Below, one piece after another: positions 49,801-59,251 of a DNA stretch of 64,000 nt. The notes beneath the pieces are model-generated. The model was not told the origin of the DNA and did no database searches. It worked only from the letters and a program-made list of their open reading frames with translations. Position 1 is the stretch's first letter, and every line of letters starts with the position of its first letter. The position numbers and the translations under genes are program-made. The stretch comes from Bacteroidia bacterium (GTDB lineage: Bacteria > Bacteroidota > Bacteroidia > M30B66), in the NCBI GenBank assembly GCA_965279035.1, contig OZ257142.1:384001-448000 (forward strand), written 5' to 3'.

Positions 49801-52800
49801 GGTTCTGGACAATGGACATTAATTAGTGGAACAGGAAATTTTGCCGACGATACTGATCCGGTTACTCAGATTACAGGCTTATCAGTAGGAACAAACGTTT
49901 TTGAATGGACCGTTAGCAATGGAACTTGCGCAGCAACTACCGATCAAGTAGAAATTGTTAGAAATGAACTTCCTAGTCAAGCTGAAGTTGGTCCAGATCA
50001 GGTTGTGTGTGCAACAACAGCAACACTTTCGGCAACAGCTCCACTTGTGGGTTCTGGTGCATGGACCCTCCTTAGCGGAAGTGGAACCATAAGCGATGAA
50101 TTTTCAGAAACTACTAGTGTAACAAATTTAGGTGCAGGTGCCAATGTGTTTCAGTGGACCGTGAGCAATGGTGTTTGTTTGCCAAGTGCTGCAACGCTTA
50201 CCATTACGCGTGATCTTCCTCCAGATGTATCTACTGCTGGGAATGACCAAGAAATTTGTACTGATGCAACTCAACTCGAAGGAAACAGCCCTTCACTTGG
50301 ATCAGGATTATGGACAGTTGTTAGCGGTAGCGCGACATTCGATGACGCAACATTACCAACTTCATCAATCAGTGATTTAGTAACGGGAACAACGGTTCTT
50401 CAATGGACAATCAGCAATGGTGTTTGTCCTGCAAGTTCAGATCAAGTAAGTATTCAAATTGACGCGCCTGTTTCGATTCCTGATGCAGGTTCTGATTTCT
50501 CAGTTTGTGCTGCCAATGCTAGTTTAGCTGCATCAACTCCTACAACAGGAACAGGTCAATGGTCGCTACAAAGTGGAACAGCAACTATTACAAATCCGAA
50601 TTCCGCCAATTCTGGAATTACTGGTTTAGTTATCGGTACAGCCGTATTCCGCTGGACAGTTACGAATGGAACCTGTACCGATTTTGATGAAGTTTCTGTA
50701 ACACGCACTGCACCCCCAGATCAAGCTATTGCAGGTATTGATCAAGAACTTTGTAGTAATTCAACATTACTTGCTGCAAGTCTAGTTATTACAGGAACAG
50801 GACAATGGAGCATATTAAACGGTGCTGCAACATTTACAGATTCTTCTGATCCTGCCGATTTAATTACAGACATCGCCGTTGGTTCCAATCAACTCATTTG
50901 GACAGTAAGCAGCGGAGTTTGTCCATCTTCATCCGATACCGTAACCATTGTTGTTGATGCCAATCCAGTTACACCCGATGCCGGTTCTGATCAAGAAATT
51001 TGTGCTGACGCAACTAGCTTAAATGCCATTCCTGCTTCAGTTGGAACTGGAGAATGGACTGTTATTTCGGGTAGTGGAATTTTAGCCAATGCATCCAGTT
51101 CAACTTCGGGTGTTACAGGTTTATCAGCGGGAGCGAATGTTTTTCGATGGACAATTACCAACGGAACCTGCATCGCTTTCGACCAAGTAAGTATTGTGCG
51201 TGATCTTCCGCCTTCGGCTGCTATTGCTGGTGCAGATCAAGAAATTTGTCAGGGAGAAACGGTAACACTCAATGCAACTTCTCCAACGAGTGGAACAGGA
51301 GCCTGGACGCTTATCTCCGGACAAGGAACAATCACAGATTCAACTTCTGCTCAATCTTCGGTGACCGCGCTTCAGCCAGGAAATGTTGTTCTACAATGGA
51401 CCGTTTCGAGTGGAGTTTGTACTGAAGAAAGCGATCAAGTAGCAATCCTTGTGAATGCGAATAACCTGAGTGCATTGGCAGGAAATGATCAAACCATTTG
51501 CTCCGATACAAGCAGCGTTTCTGCTAATCAACCACTCATTGGAACGGGCGTTTGGACTGTTGTTTCTGGCTCGGGAATCCTTGCTGATTCAACTAGCGCA
51601 TCAACTTCCATAAGCGGACTTCAACCTGGGGCAAACACATTCCGCTGGACTGTTTCCAATGGAACTTGTCCTCCCGTTTTTGATGAATTAACGATACAAG
51701 TTGATGTTCCTCCTTCGGCAGCTTTGGCTGGATTAGATCAACAAATTTGTACAGATAATTCCACTTTGACTGCTACAGCTCCGAGTTCAGGTTCTGGATT
51801 ATGGACGCTTGTAACAGGAAGCGCAACGTTTGGAGATAATCAAAATCCAACTTCGAGCATTTCTGCCATTGGCGTTGGTGTGAATGTGCTGCAATGGACC
51901 GTGAGCAACGGCGTTTGTCCTTCGGTAAATGATCAAGTCATTATTATACGTGATTCAATCCCAGTGCAAGCAAATGCCGGAGTAGATTTTAGCGTATGTA
52001 ATAGCGATACTGCAGCACTTCAAGCACTTGAGCCAACACCAGGAACGGGAATTTGGACTGTCATATCTGGTTCTGCAACGTTTGATGACGCAAGTTCTCC
52101 ATTAGCCATTGTGAGTGGACTCGTAACGGGTTCAAACCAATTTGTTTGGACTGTAACAACCGGAAATTGTCCAACAACAAGCGACACTGTAACAATTCAA
52201 AACCTTCAACCGCCTTCAACCGCAAACGCTGGTTCCGATACTTCGCTTTGTAGCACCACATCGGTGTTGAATGCCGTTCAACCAGTAATTGGATCTGGAA
52301 CTTGGACTTCTTTAAGCGGAGTTGTGTTTGATGATATTTCTTCGACAAACGCTTCTGTTAGTAATCTTCAGCCAGGCTTGAATACCTTGATTTGGACAGT
52401 AAGCAATGGCATTTGTCCAGCATCAACAGACACAGTAATTCTGAGCGTTGATAAAAACCCAATTACACCGAATGCTGGTCCCGATTTGAGTATTTGTTCC
52501 GATACTGTTACACTTTCAGCGGCAGCGCCATCTCAAGGCATTGGAGTTTGGAGTATTGTGAGCGGATCATTAACACTGAGCGATACCTTATCACCGAACG
52601 CTTTTGCTTCGGCAATCCAATTAGGTACAGCCGTTTTACAATGGACCGTTACAAGTGGATCGTGTATCGTTTCGGATCAAATGCAGATTACCGTTTCAGA
52701 ACCACCATCACAAGCGCTTGCCGGAAACGATCAAGAAGTATGTGATTCAACAGCAGTGCTTTCGGCCACGCCTCCTCTTGTAGGAAATGGCTCTTGGTCA

Positions 52801-55800
52801 CTCATTAGCGGAACAGCAACGATAGATGATCCAACAAATCCGGCAAGTACTGTTAGTGGAATCGCTCCAGGAACAAGCGTAATTCGTTGGACTGTTAGCT
52901 CAGGAACTTGTGGTGAAACATTCGATGAACTAACCATCATTCGCGACATTCAACCGAAAACAGCTCAAGCTGGACCCGATCAATCGGTATGTGCTGACAC
53001 GGCTCAACTTGCCGCTATTGCATCACCAGGAAGTGGTGGACAATGGACACTTATTAGCGGAACGGCAACAATTTCACAGCCTGATTCTGCATCAACAGGA
53101 ATTACAGGACTTGGTGTTGGAACGAACATTTTCCGATGGACTTTACCAGCAGTTGGATCTTGTCCGGCAGTTTGGGATGAAGTAAGCATTGAACGCAATG
53201 CGCCAACATCACTCGCATTTGCTGGTAACGACACCACTATTTGTTCATCACCCTATACGCTCAACGCAAACTCTCCTGCAAATGGAACTGGCGTATGGTT
53301 AGTCATTGCCGGAAATGCTGTTTTACAGGATTCTCTTTCTGCATCAACACAAGTGAGCAACCTCGAAATTGGTAGCAATGTGTTCGAATGGCGCATCAGC
53401 AATGGATCTTGTCCGGTCGAAACAGATGAAGTTACCATAACTCTTCTCGATACAGCTTATGCTGGACAAGACCAAACGATTTGTGATACGATAGCAACAC
53501 TTTCTGCATTGGGTGTTGGAAACTGGACGCTCATCAGCGGCAGCGGTACTATCACCCAAGCTGACACGGCCATTACTACCGTTACCGGTCTTGCCGAAGG
53601 TACCAACATTTTCCAATGGACCTTGACGGGAGCATCTTGTCCAAGTTCAGACGACCAAGTGAGCATCATTGTTTCTGCTCCTCCTTCACCAGCGAATGCC
53701 GGATTGGATCTTTCAACTTGTAATGACACGGCTACCCTTTCGGCAATAAATCCAACAGTTGGAACTGGTTTGTGGACAGTAATACAAGGTGCTGCAACGA
53801 TTACAGATTCCTCTTTACCAACAAGTGGAGTAAGTGGTTTGAGTGTTGGGCTGAATCAATTCGAATGGCGCGTGAGCAACGGAGCTTGTCCTTCGCTTGC
53901 TGATACAATTTCTATAACACGAGGTGATACAGCCTATGCTGGAGTCGATCAAATCATTTGCGATTCTACAAGCACCTTAGACGCACTTGTACCAAGTTCT
54001 GGAACAGGCGTTTGGACACTTGTGAGTGGTACAGGAATTTTGGCAGATTCTTCGGATGCTGCAACTTCGGTTACAGGACTTTCGGATGGTGAAAACATTT
54101 TCCAGTGGACTGTTACGGGCGCAGCTTGTCCAGATTCTACCGATCAAGTAATCATTACGCGTAATTGCAATACTCCTCCTGTTATTGCTAACGATAGTTT
54201 ATCAATGTTAGAAGACAGCGTATTGACGAGTACTATTCTCGATCCCAATGATTATGATCCAGATAGCACAACATTAACGGTTGATACCACTTCAGTCATC
54301 GGTCCGAATCACGGAACCTTGCTTATTCATCCTGATGGAAGTTTTACGTATACACCCGATGATAATTACAATGGGCTAGATACTTTTATTGTTGCTGTTT
54401 GTGATAGCGGAGCTCCATTGCCAGCATTGTGCGGACAAGACACAGTTATCATTACGATTGATCCTGTAAATGATCCACCAACAATTCAAGGAGAAACTGA
54501 AACGGTAGCTCCCGGAGCATCGGTGACAGATAATTTATTGGACAATGACAGTGATATTGATGGCACTTCGCTTACAGCCAATACAACACCTATCACAGGA
54601 CCAAGTCATGGTGATATTACAATAAATCCAGATGGAAGTTTCACCTATACGCCCGATACTGGTTATGTAGGAAACGATACGATCATTGTTGAGGTGTGCG
54701 ATAGTGGAACACCATTGCCAGAAGAGTGTGCTCCGGATACGATTATTATTCAAATCCAAGGAATAACGGTTATAGCCAATGCGGGTGAAGATCAAACGTT
54801 TTGCGGAAATTCTACCCAGCTCGAAGCACAAGCGGTTGATCCTCCAGGAACAGGTGTGTGGACTATAATCAGCGGAAATGCGACCTTAAGCGATGCCAAT
54901 TCTCCTTCATCGAACTTAACGGCAATCAGCTCCGATACGGTATTGTTGGTTTGGACAGTTACGCTCAATGGACAAACTGCTACCGATACGGTTCAGATCA
55001 TTGCTCATCCACCAGCAACACCAGCATTTGCGGGTGAAGATCAAGTGGTTTGTGGAAATGCAACGGAACTTCAAGGCAATACTCCAATCGCTGGAACTGG
55101 GAATTGGACCTTAGTTAGTGGAACGGGCATTTTATCGAATGCATCATCGGAACTTTGTGGTGTGAATGGAATTGCCCCAGGAACAAGCATTTTCGCATGG
55201 ACAATCACCAATGGAACATGTATTAGTAGTGACACGGTGCTTGTTCAAGCGTATATTCATTCTGCAATAAGTATAGCTGGCGATTCGGCTATTTGTCCAG
55301 ATGTGTTATCTACTACATTAACAGCAACAGTTCAAGGTGGATTGACAGGTCTTTGGACTATGCAAACTGGAACGGCGGTGTTTAGTAACGACACATTGCC
55401 ACAAACAACAGTGAGTAGTTTGTCGCCAGGTGATAATGTGGTTGTTTATACAATTTCAAATGGTCCGTGTGGAGCTTCTGAAAGTTTTAAAATCACTGTA
55501 CTTTCCGAAGAGGATGCTCTTTGTAAGCAAGAAGAAATCTTTATTCCTGAAGGATTTTCTCCCGATGGCGATGGTGCGAACGACCAATTGGTTATTTATG
55601 GACTTAAAGGAAAACACGTTTCGTTGAAGGTATTTAACCGTTGGGGAAATTTGGTTTACGAAAGCGATAATTACCAAAATAATTGGGATGGAACCTGTTC
55701 AACAGGGTTGATACTTGCCGGCGAACGCTTACCGGAAAGCACATATTACTATCTTGTGCAGATTGAAGGCGAAAATGACACACGTAAAGGCTACCTAACC

Positions 55801-55812
55801 TTATGGCGATAA
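46861..55812 (+). CDS. Giant T9SS type-B cargo adhesin: FG-GAP beta-propeller head, 20+3 Cys-containing PKD-like repeats, two Big_9-like domains, gliding-motility-associated CTD
   Basis: Signal peptide ending FS-Q; DxDxDG blades; AGxDQxxC...W repeats; CTD IPEGFSPDGDGAND...FNRWG...WDG...TYYY...KGYLTLWR. Start uncertain (46780-46861). Confidence 0.92.
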   Translation: MTGKRPVNEAFPQKKHLGKWWNVILLLLLFSFQGFSQEICNNGIDDDGDNLVDVFDPDCPCDDQTLLCQPTCEYAVPGGALNFTTQWSSSDTVPNYQTPLVADIDNDGVPEVIIMAAKNNVLSDPRRAKDLYIISGNTGATESTITTPYMAWVGPDPYAVADIDGDGFGEIIIASIDHSDNAASDRRYLFCYEHTGALKWKSNVQYGYAGVARFGSSVGITDFNSDGVAEVYIYNQIFNAATGVLLVEGGSAGGKAIMTQQSWGDVANPVAANLTTHSGLELACGNTVYNVTITNTSGTAGNTMSPIVIPGQADGYTSLADIDLDGNLDVVVASEGSTAKIYVWNPGNGTPSLLASISLPNTGGNWIGVPFIGDMDKDCQPEIGVTRSRRVYALDYNGTSTLSTKWTLVTTDASGFTGITMFDFNQDGTQELVYRDESTLRIIDGSGSSPVTVGTNPCSSGTGSEMPVVADVDGDGQAEICVSCAVNGVSLGRVNVFSSVGQAWAPCRSIWNQYSYFNVNINTNLSIPLQQQQHQVLLSNVTCPFFTCSENRPFNSFLTQATFLTQEGCPVYPASDVALSILNSSCNGSGEYDLTLEIENVGAAPSDSGYPIRFYAGNPLTSAATLIPVLSGPNATSQALNPGDTESISYSLDIAALPKPFNLFVILNDDGLLTAPFSFPLSTLPECNFADNVISISNIDCCPFGDLAISGFSPPTASFCAGGSSDLSVLASSTVGLNSAVYTWTLPDASVITGDTIQADQGGTYSVSVKDDAQCTVSSTVDITETPLPTTAAAGNDQTICEDNTALEGNIPSVGNGTWTLISGTGTIVNSTSATSSVTGISIGTSVFRWAILNGTDCLSDDTVSITRIDPPSNAVAGVDQSVCVDVVTLGATLPIIGTGSWSLVSGAGTITDASSISTTVTGLAVGANVFQWTVSNGVCPSSNDQVTITRFAVPSIADAGSNQTVCIPTASMGAATLIVGSGQWTLISGTGNFADDTDPVTQITGLSVGTNVFEWTVSNGTCAATTDQVEIVRNELPSQAEVGPDQVVCATTATLSATAPLVGSGAWTLLSGSGTISDEFSETTSVTNLGAGANVFQWTVSNGVCLPSAATLTITRDLPPDVSTAGNDQEICTDATQLEGNSPSLGSGLWTVVSGSATFDDATLPTSSISDLVTGTTVLQWTISNGVCPASSDQVSIQIDAPVSIPDAGSDFSVCAANASLAASTPTTGTGQWSLQSGTATITNPNSANSGITGLVIGTAVFRWTVTNGTCTDFDEVSVTRTAPPDQAIAGIDQELCSNSTLLAASLVITGTGQWSILNGAATFTDSSDPADLITDIAVGSNQLIWTVSSGVCPSSSDTVTIVVDANPVTPDAGSDQEICADATSLNAIPASVGTGEWTVISGSGILANASSSTSGVTGLSAGANVFRWTITNGTCIAFDQVSIVRDLPPSAAIAGADQEICQGETVTLNATSPTSGTGAWTLISGQGTITDSTSAQSSVTALQPGNVVLQWTVSSGVCTEESDQVAILVNANNLSALAGNDQTICSDTSSVSANQPLIGTGVWTVVSGSGILADSTSASTSISGLQPGANTFRWTVSNGTCPPVFDELTIQVDVPPSAALAGLDQQICTDNSTLTATAPSSGSGLWTLVTGSATFGDNQNPTSSISAIGVGVNVLQWTVSNGVCPSVNDQVIIIRDSIPVQANAGVDFSVCNSDTAALQALEPTPGTGIWTVISGSATFDDASSPLAIVSGLVTGSNQFVWTVTTGNCPTTSDTVTIQNLQPPSTANAGSDTSLCSTTSVLNAVQPVIGSGTWTSLSGVVFDDISSTNASVSNLQPGLNTLIWTVSNGICPASTDTVILSVDKNPITPNAGPDLSICSDTVTLSAAAPSQGIGVWSIVSGSLTLSDTLSPNAFASAIQLGTAVLQWTVTSGSCIVSDQMQITVSEPPSQALAGNDQEVCDSTAVLSATPPLVGNGSWSLISGTATIDDPTNPASTVSGIAPGTSVIRWTVSSGTCGETFDELTIIRDIQPKTAQAGPDQSVCADTAQLAAIASPGSGGQWTLISGTATISQPDSASTGITGLGVGTNIFRWTLPAVGSCPAVWDEVSIERNAPTSLAFAGNDTTICSSPYTLNANSPANGTGVWLVIAGNAVLQDSLSASTQVSNLEIGSNVFEWRISNGSCPVETDEVTITLLDTAYAGQDQTICDTIATLSALGVGNWTLISGSGTITQADTAITTVTGLAEGTNIFQWTLTGASCPSSDDQVSIIVSAPPSPANAGLDLSTCNDTATLSAINPTVGTGLWTVIQGAATITDSSLPTSGVSGLSVGLNQFEWRVSNGACPSLADTISITRGDTAYAGVDQIICDSTSTLDALVPSSGTGVWTLVSGTGILADSSDAATSVTGLSDGENIFQWTVTGAACPDSTDQVIITRNCNTPPVIANDSLSMLEDSVLTSTILDPNDYDPDSTTLTVDTTSVIGPNHGTLLIHPDGSFTYTPDDNYNGLDTFIVAVCDSGAPLPALCGQDTVIITIDPVNDPPTIQGETETVAPGASVTDNLLDNDSDIDGTSLTANTTPITGPSHGDITINPDGSFTYTPDTGYVGNDTIIVEVCDSGTPLPEECAPDTIIIQIQGITVIANAGEDQTFCGNSTQLEAQAVDPPGTGVWTIISGNATLSDANSPSSNLTAISSDTVLLVWTVTLNGQTATDTVQIIAHPPATPAFAGEDQVVCGNATELQGNTPIAGTGNWTLVSGTGILSNASSELCGVNGIAPGTSIFAWTITNGTCISSDTVLVQAYIHSAISIAGDSAICPDVLSTTLTATVQGGLTGLWTMQTGTAVFSNDTLPQTTVSSLSPGDNVVVYTISNGPCGASESFKITVLSEEDALCKQEEIFIPEGFSPDGDGANDQLVIYGLKGKHVSLKVFNRWGNLVYESDNYQNNWDGTCSTGLILAGERLPESTYYYLVQIEGENDTRKGYLTLWR
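49231..54168 (+). repeat. Twenty tandem PKD-like domain repeats of about 82 aa
   Basis: I counted 20 AGx(D/N)xxxC starts from AAAGNDQTIC to AYAGVDQIIC; the repeats are diverged at DNA level. Confidence 0.9.
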
Positions 55813-55835
55813 AATCAGAACCGAAAAACCGGGAT

Positions 55836-56756
55836 ATGAAAAAGCACTTTCTTCTTTTCTTTTCCTTGCTAGCTTTCCTTTCAGGGAATTCTCAGCAAGA
55901 CCCGATGTACAGTATGTACATGTTCAACACCATGGCTATCAATCCAGCCTATGCGGGTTCTTTGGATCATGCCCAAGCAACCGGATTGTTTCGTCGGCAA
56001 TGGCTCGACTTTCCCGGCTCACCTAGAACAGCCAGCTTGAGCTTTCATACACCCACGAAAAACGAAAAAGTCGGATTGGGCTTTTCATTCGTCAACGACC
56101 AAATGGGCGATATGGCTACGAATTCCTTTATGGGTTCTTATGCTTATCATATTCGCTTGAAAAAAAGTCGCTTGTCATTGGGATTGCAGGCAGGTGTGCG
56201 AAACTTCAGTCTCGACTTAAGCAAAATCAAGTTAAGTCCTGATCAGGTTTACGATGATGCTTTTCAAGGAAATATCAGTCAGTGGAGTTTGAATTTTGGC
56301 GCTGGAGCATTTTGGTATAGCAACAAATGGTACTTAGGCTTAGGTATTCCCAATTTGAGAAATAACATCATCAGCAATCAGCAGCTAAACACCGTGTATG
56401 TTGCACGATACCGAACACACATCAACCTAACAGGAGGATATGTATTTAAACTATCTCCAACCTTCCATTTCAAACCATCTTTTATGATTAAAGAAGTAGG
56501 AGGAGCTCCATTGCAGTTTGATATCAATGCTAATATTTACTGGCTCGATTTAATTGGCTTTGGCGTTTCATATCGCTCAGGTGATGCGATGGTGGCTTTA
56601 CTCGAAGTGCAGCTCAACAAGAACTTCCGCTTGGGTTATGCTTATGATCAAACAATCAATAAGTTGGCTGGCTATGTTGGAGGAACTCACGAAGTGATGC
56701 TTCGATCTGACTTTGGTTTCAACAAGAACAAAACCGTTACACCTCGATATTTCTAA
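55836..56756 (+). CDS. PorP/SprF family T9SS beta-barrel
   Basis: QQDPMYSMYMFN..AINPAYAG, RRQW..FPGSP, GYAYD, THEVML, TPRYF; follows type-B CTD cargo. Start taken at MKKHF. Confidence 0.93.
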   Translation: MKKHFLLFFSLLAFLSGNSQQDPMYSMYMFNTMAINPAYAGSLDHAQATGLFRRQWLDFPGSPRTASLSFHTPTKNEKVGLGFSFVNDQMGDMATNSFMGSYAYHIRLKKSRLSLGLQAGVRNFSLDLSKIKLSPDQVYDDAFQGNISQWSLNFGAGAFWYSNKWYLGLGIPNLRNNIISNQQLNTVYVARYRTHINLTGGYVFKLSPTFHFKPSFMIKEVGGAPLQFDINANIYWLDLIGFGVSYRSGDAMVALLEVQLNKNFRLGYAYDQTINKLAGYVGGTHEVMLRSDFGFNKNKTVTPRYF

Positions 56757-56767
56757 GCGAACAGAAC

Positions 56768-59215
56768 ATGGCATCATCTCTCCTAAACCAGTTCCGGAAC
56801 GCACTGCTACTGCTCTTCATTGCTGCAGCTCAGCTCAATGCTCAATCGCCGGTTGAACGTAAAGCAAACCGTTTGTACGAGAACTTCGCTTATCCCGAAG
56901 CAATCGAATTGTACGAACACATCATCAAGAAAAAACCCGATAACAAAGCCGTTATCCGAAATCTTGCTGATGCCTATCGGAAAACGAACAACGCTGCTAA
57001 AACAGAACAATGGCTTTTGCGTGTGTTAGAGTCGGGCATAGCCAAAAATGAGGATTATTTCTACCTCGCTCAAGCGCTCGAAACTAGCGGTAAAAACGAA
57101 GAAGCGCGTCGCTATTACGAAAAGTACGACCAACTCATGGCTGCCGATCAACGTGGAGAACGTTTTACTGCTGCAATGAAAGACTATACGGGCTTTTTTG
57201 CAGAATCAGAAAGCTATAAAGTCGAAAACCTGAGCATCAATACTGCTGGTTCGGATTTTAGTCCAGCTTATGTGCCTGGCGGAATTATACTCGTTTCGAA
57301 CGGACATGGGAAAAGCTTTCCTAAATCGCTCTTTCCATGGAACAATGAACCGTGGTTAGATCTTTATATTTCCAAAGGCGCCAACGACTCAACCTTGCAA
57401 GCGGCGAAACACATTTCAGGGAAGCTAAATACGAAGTACCACGAAGGACCACTTAGCTACAATCAAGGAACTAAAACACTTGCTTTTACACGTAACAATT
57501 ACTTCAAAGGGAAAGTCAAACGGAGCAGCGACCATATCAATAAACTGAATATATATTTTGCGACAGCCGAAGGCGAAGAATGGAAAAACATCACCCCATT
57601 TCAGCACAACAGCAAGGAATATTCAACAGGTCACCCATCCTTTTCGGAAGATGGTAAAAAACTCTATTTCTCGAGCGATATGCCCGGTGGATATGGCGGA
57701 AGCGACTTATATGTTTGTACATACGAAAACAACACCTGGACAAAACCTGAAAACCTTGGTCCGACAATCAATACCGAAGGAAATGAGTTGTTTCCTTTTA
57801 TCTACAAGGATAGCTTGCTTTGTTTCTCTTCCAATGGTTGGGGCGGAATGGGTGGATTGGATGTGTTTCATTCAGAAATAAAAAACAACAGCTTCGCAAA
57901 ACCCGAAAATCAAGGAGCTCCAGTAAACAGCCCTTCGGATGATTTTGGTTTCATTTTTACCAATGCTGGGAAAAACGGATTTTTTAGTTCCAACAGAGCA
58001 GGAGGAAAAGGCAGCGATGACATCTATCGTTTTACTTATACCATGCGTCCTACAGCGATCATAATCGTTGATAAAGACGAAGTAAAAGCTGTTCAGAAAG
58101 CACATATTCAGATTCTTCTTGGGGATAAATTATTGGTTGAAAAAGATGCGGATGGTGAAGGAAAGTCCTTTGTTCAATTGCGTCCATGCACCGAATACAA
58201 AATCATTACAACGGGTGATGGCTATCCGAAACACGAGCAAGTGTTGAAATCGAATTGTCCTGCTTCCAAAGAAGACCTTCGCGTTTTGATGAAACGTCCG
58301 AAGCTTTACGTAAACGTTTTCGACAAATACCTAAACAAAGACATCGCAGGAGCCAAAGTGATTGTAACTGATCTCACAAAACCATCAAATCCTTCAATGG
58401 AAGGAAATGCAGATGAAAAAGGCTTTATTCGTTTTTATTTGATTCCGTGTCACGAATACAACGTTGTTGCTAAAAAAGAAGGCATGCCAGATGTTTCGCG
58501 GAAAGTAACAGCTCCTTGCGATGAAAATGGAACTGATCCATTGGTGCGCCTCGGAACTGGTATTGCTCCAATTCGAGGTGTTAGTATAGAAATTAAAGTT
58601 GTAGACGAGTTAAGCAATACTCCAATTGCGAATGCCAAAGTGCGAATGCTCAATAAAAAGTCGAATGATTTAATGGAGTTTCTCACAGATGATAATGGAA
58701 TGTTTGAGACTACATTAAACGAAAACACCAATTGGCTCATAAATTCTTCCCGTATCGGCTATTTCTCCACATCCAAAAGCAAATCGGATATAACTGCCAA
58801 CAAGGGCGACAAAAAGCTTTTCAAAGAATTGAAATTGTTGAAGCTTCGCGAAGGTGGAATCATTGCCTTGGAAGGAATATTTTACGATTTAGCTAAGTCC
58901 GATATTCGTCCAGATGCAGCAAAAGTGCTCGATTATGTAGTGCTTGTGATGGAAGAAAATCCAAGTTTAGTCATCGAATTGGGCTCGCATACCGACTCAA
59001 GAGGAACCGATGCCGACAACCTCAAGCTTTCGGATGCACGTGCTAAATCTGCGGCCGATTACATTGTTTCTAAGGGCGTTGCAAGTAATCGCATCACCGG
59101 AAAAGGTTATGGCGAAACCGTTCTGAAGAACAAATGTGGCAACGGCGTGAAATGTCCCGACAAACTTCATCAAGAAAACCGTCGGACAGAGATTCGGATT
59201 GTCGATTTTGAGTGA
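56768..59215 (+). CDS. PorE-like TPR/PD40/OmpA peptidoglycan-binding protein
   Basis: N-terminal TPR, PD40 repeats (YFSSDMPGGYGGSDLY, FFSSNRAGGKGSDDIY), OmpA domain (IFYD...SHTDSRG...NRRTE). Confidence 0.9.
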   Translation: MASSLLNQFRNALLLLFIAAAQLNAQSPVERKANRLYENFAYPEAIELYEHIIKKKPDNKAVIRNLADAYRKTNNAAKTEQWLLRVLESGIAKNEDYFYLAQALETSGKNEEARRYYEKYDQLMAADQRGERFTAAMKDYTGFFAESESYKVENLSINTAGSDFSPAYVPGGIILVSNGHGKSFPKSLFPWNNEPWLDLYISKGANDSTLQAAKHISGKLNTKYHEGPLSYNQGTKTLAFTRNNYFKGKVKRSSDHINKLNIYFATAEGEEWKNITPFQHNSKEYSTGHPSFSEDGKKLYFSSDMPGGYGGSDLYVCTYENNTWTKPENLGPTINTEGNELFPFIYKDSLLCFSSNGWGGMGGLDVFHSEIKNNSFAKPENQGAPVNSPSDDFGFIFTNAGKNGFFSSNRAGGKGSDDIYRFTYTMRPTAIIIVDKDEVKAVQKAHIQILLGDKLLVEKDADGEGKSFVQLRPCTEYKIITTGDGYPKHEQVLKSNCPASKEDLRVLMKRPKLYVNVFDKYLNKDIAGAKVIVTDLTKPSNPSMEGNADEKGFIRFYLIPCHEYNVVAKKEGMPDVSRKVTAPCDENGTDPLVRLGTGIAPIRGVSIEIKVVDELSNTPIANAKVRMLNKKSNDLMEFLTDDNGMFETTLNENTNWLINSSRIGYFSTSKSKSDITANKGDKKLFKELKLLKLREGGIIALEGIFYDLAKSDIRPDAAKVLDYVVLVMEENPSLVIELGSHTDSRGTDADNLKLSDARAKSAADYIVSKGVASNRITGKGYGETVLKNKCGNGVKCPDKLHQENRRTEIRIVDFE

Positions 59216-59251
59216 TAAATTCGAGGCTGCTTAAATGGCCTCATCCGAATC

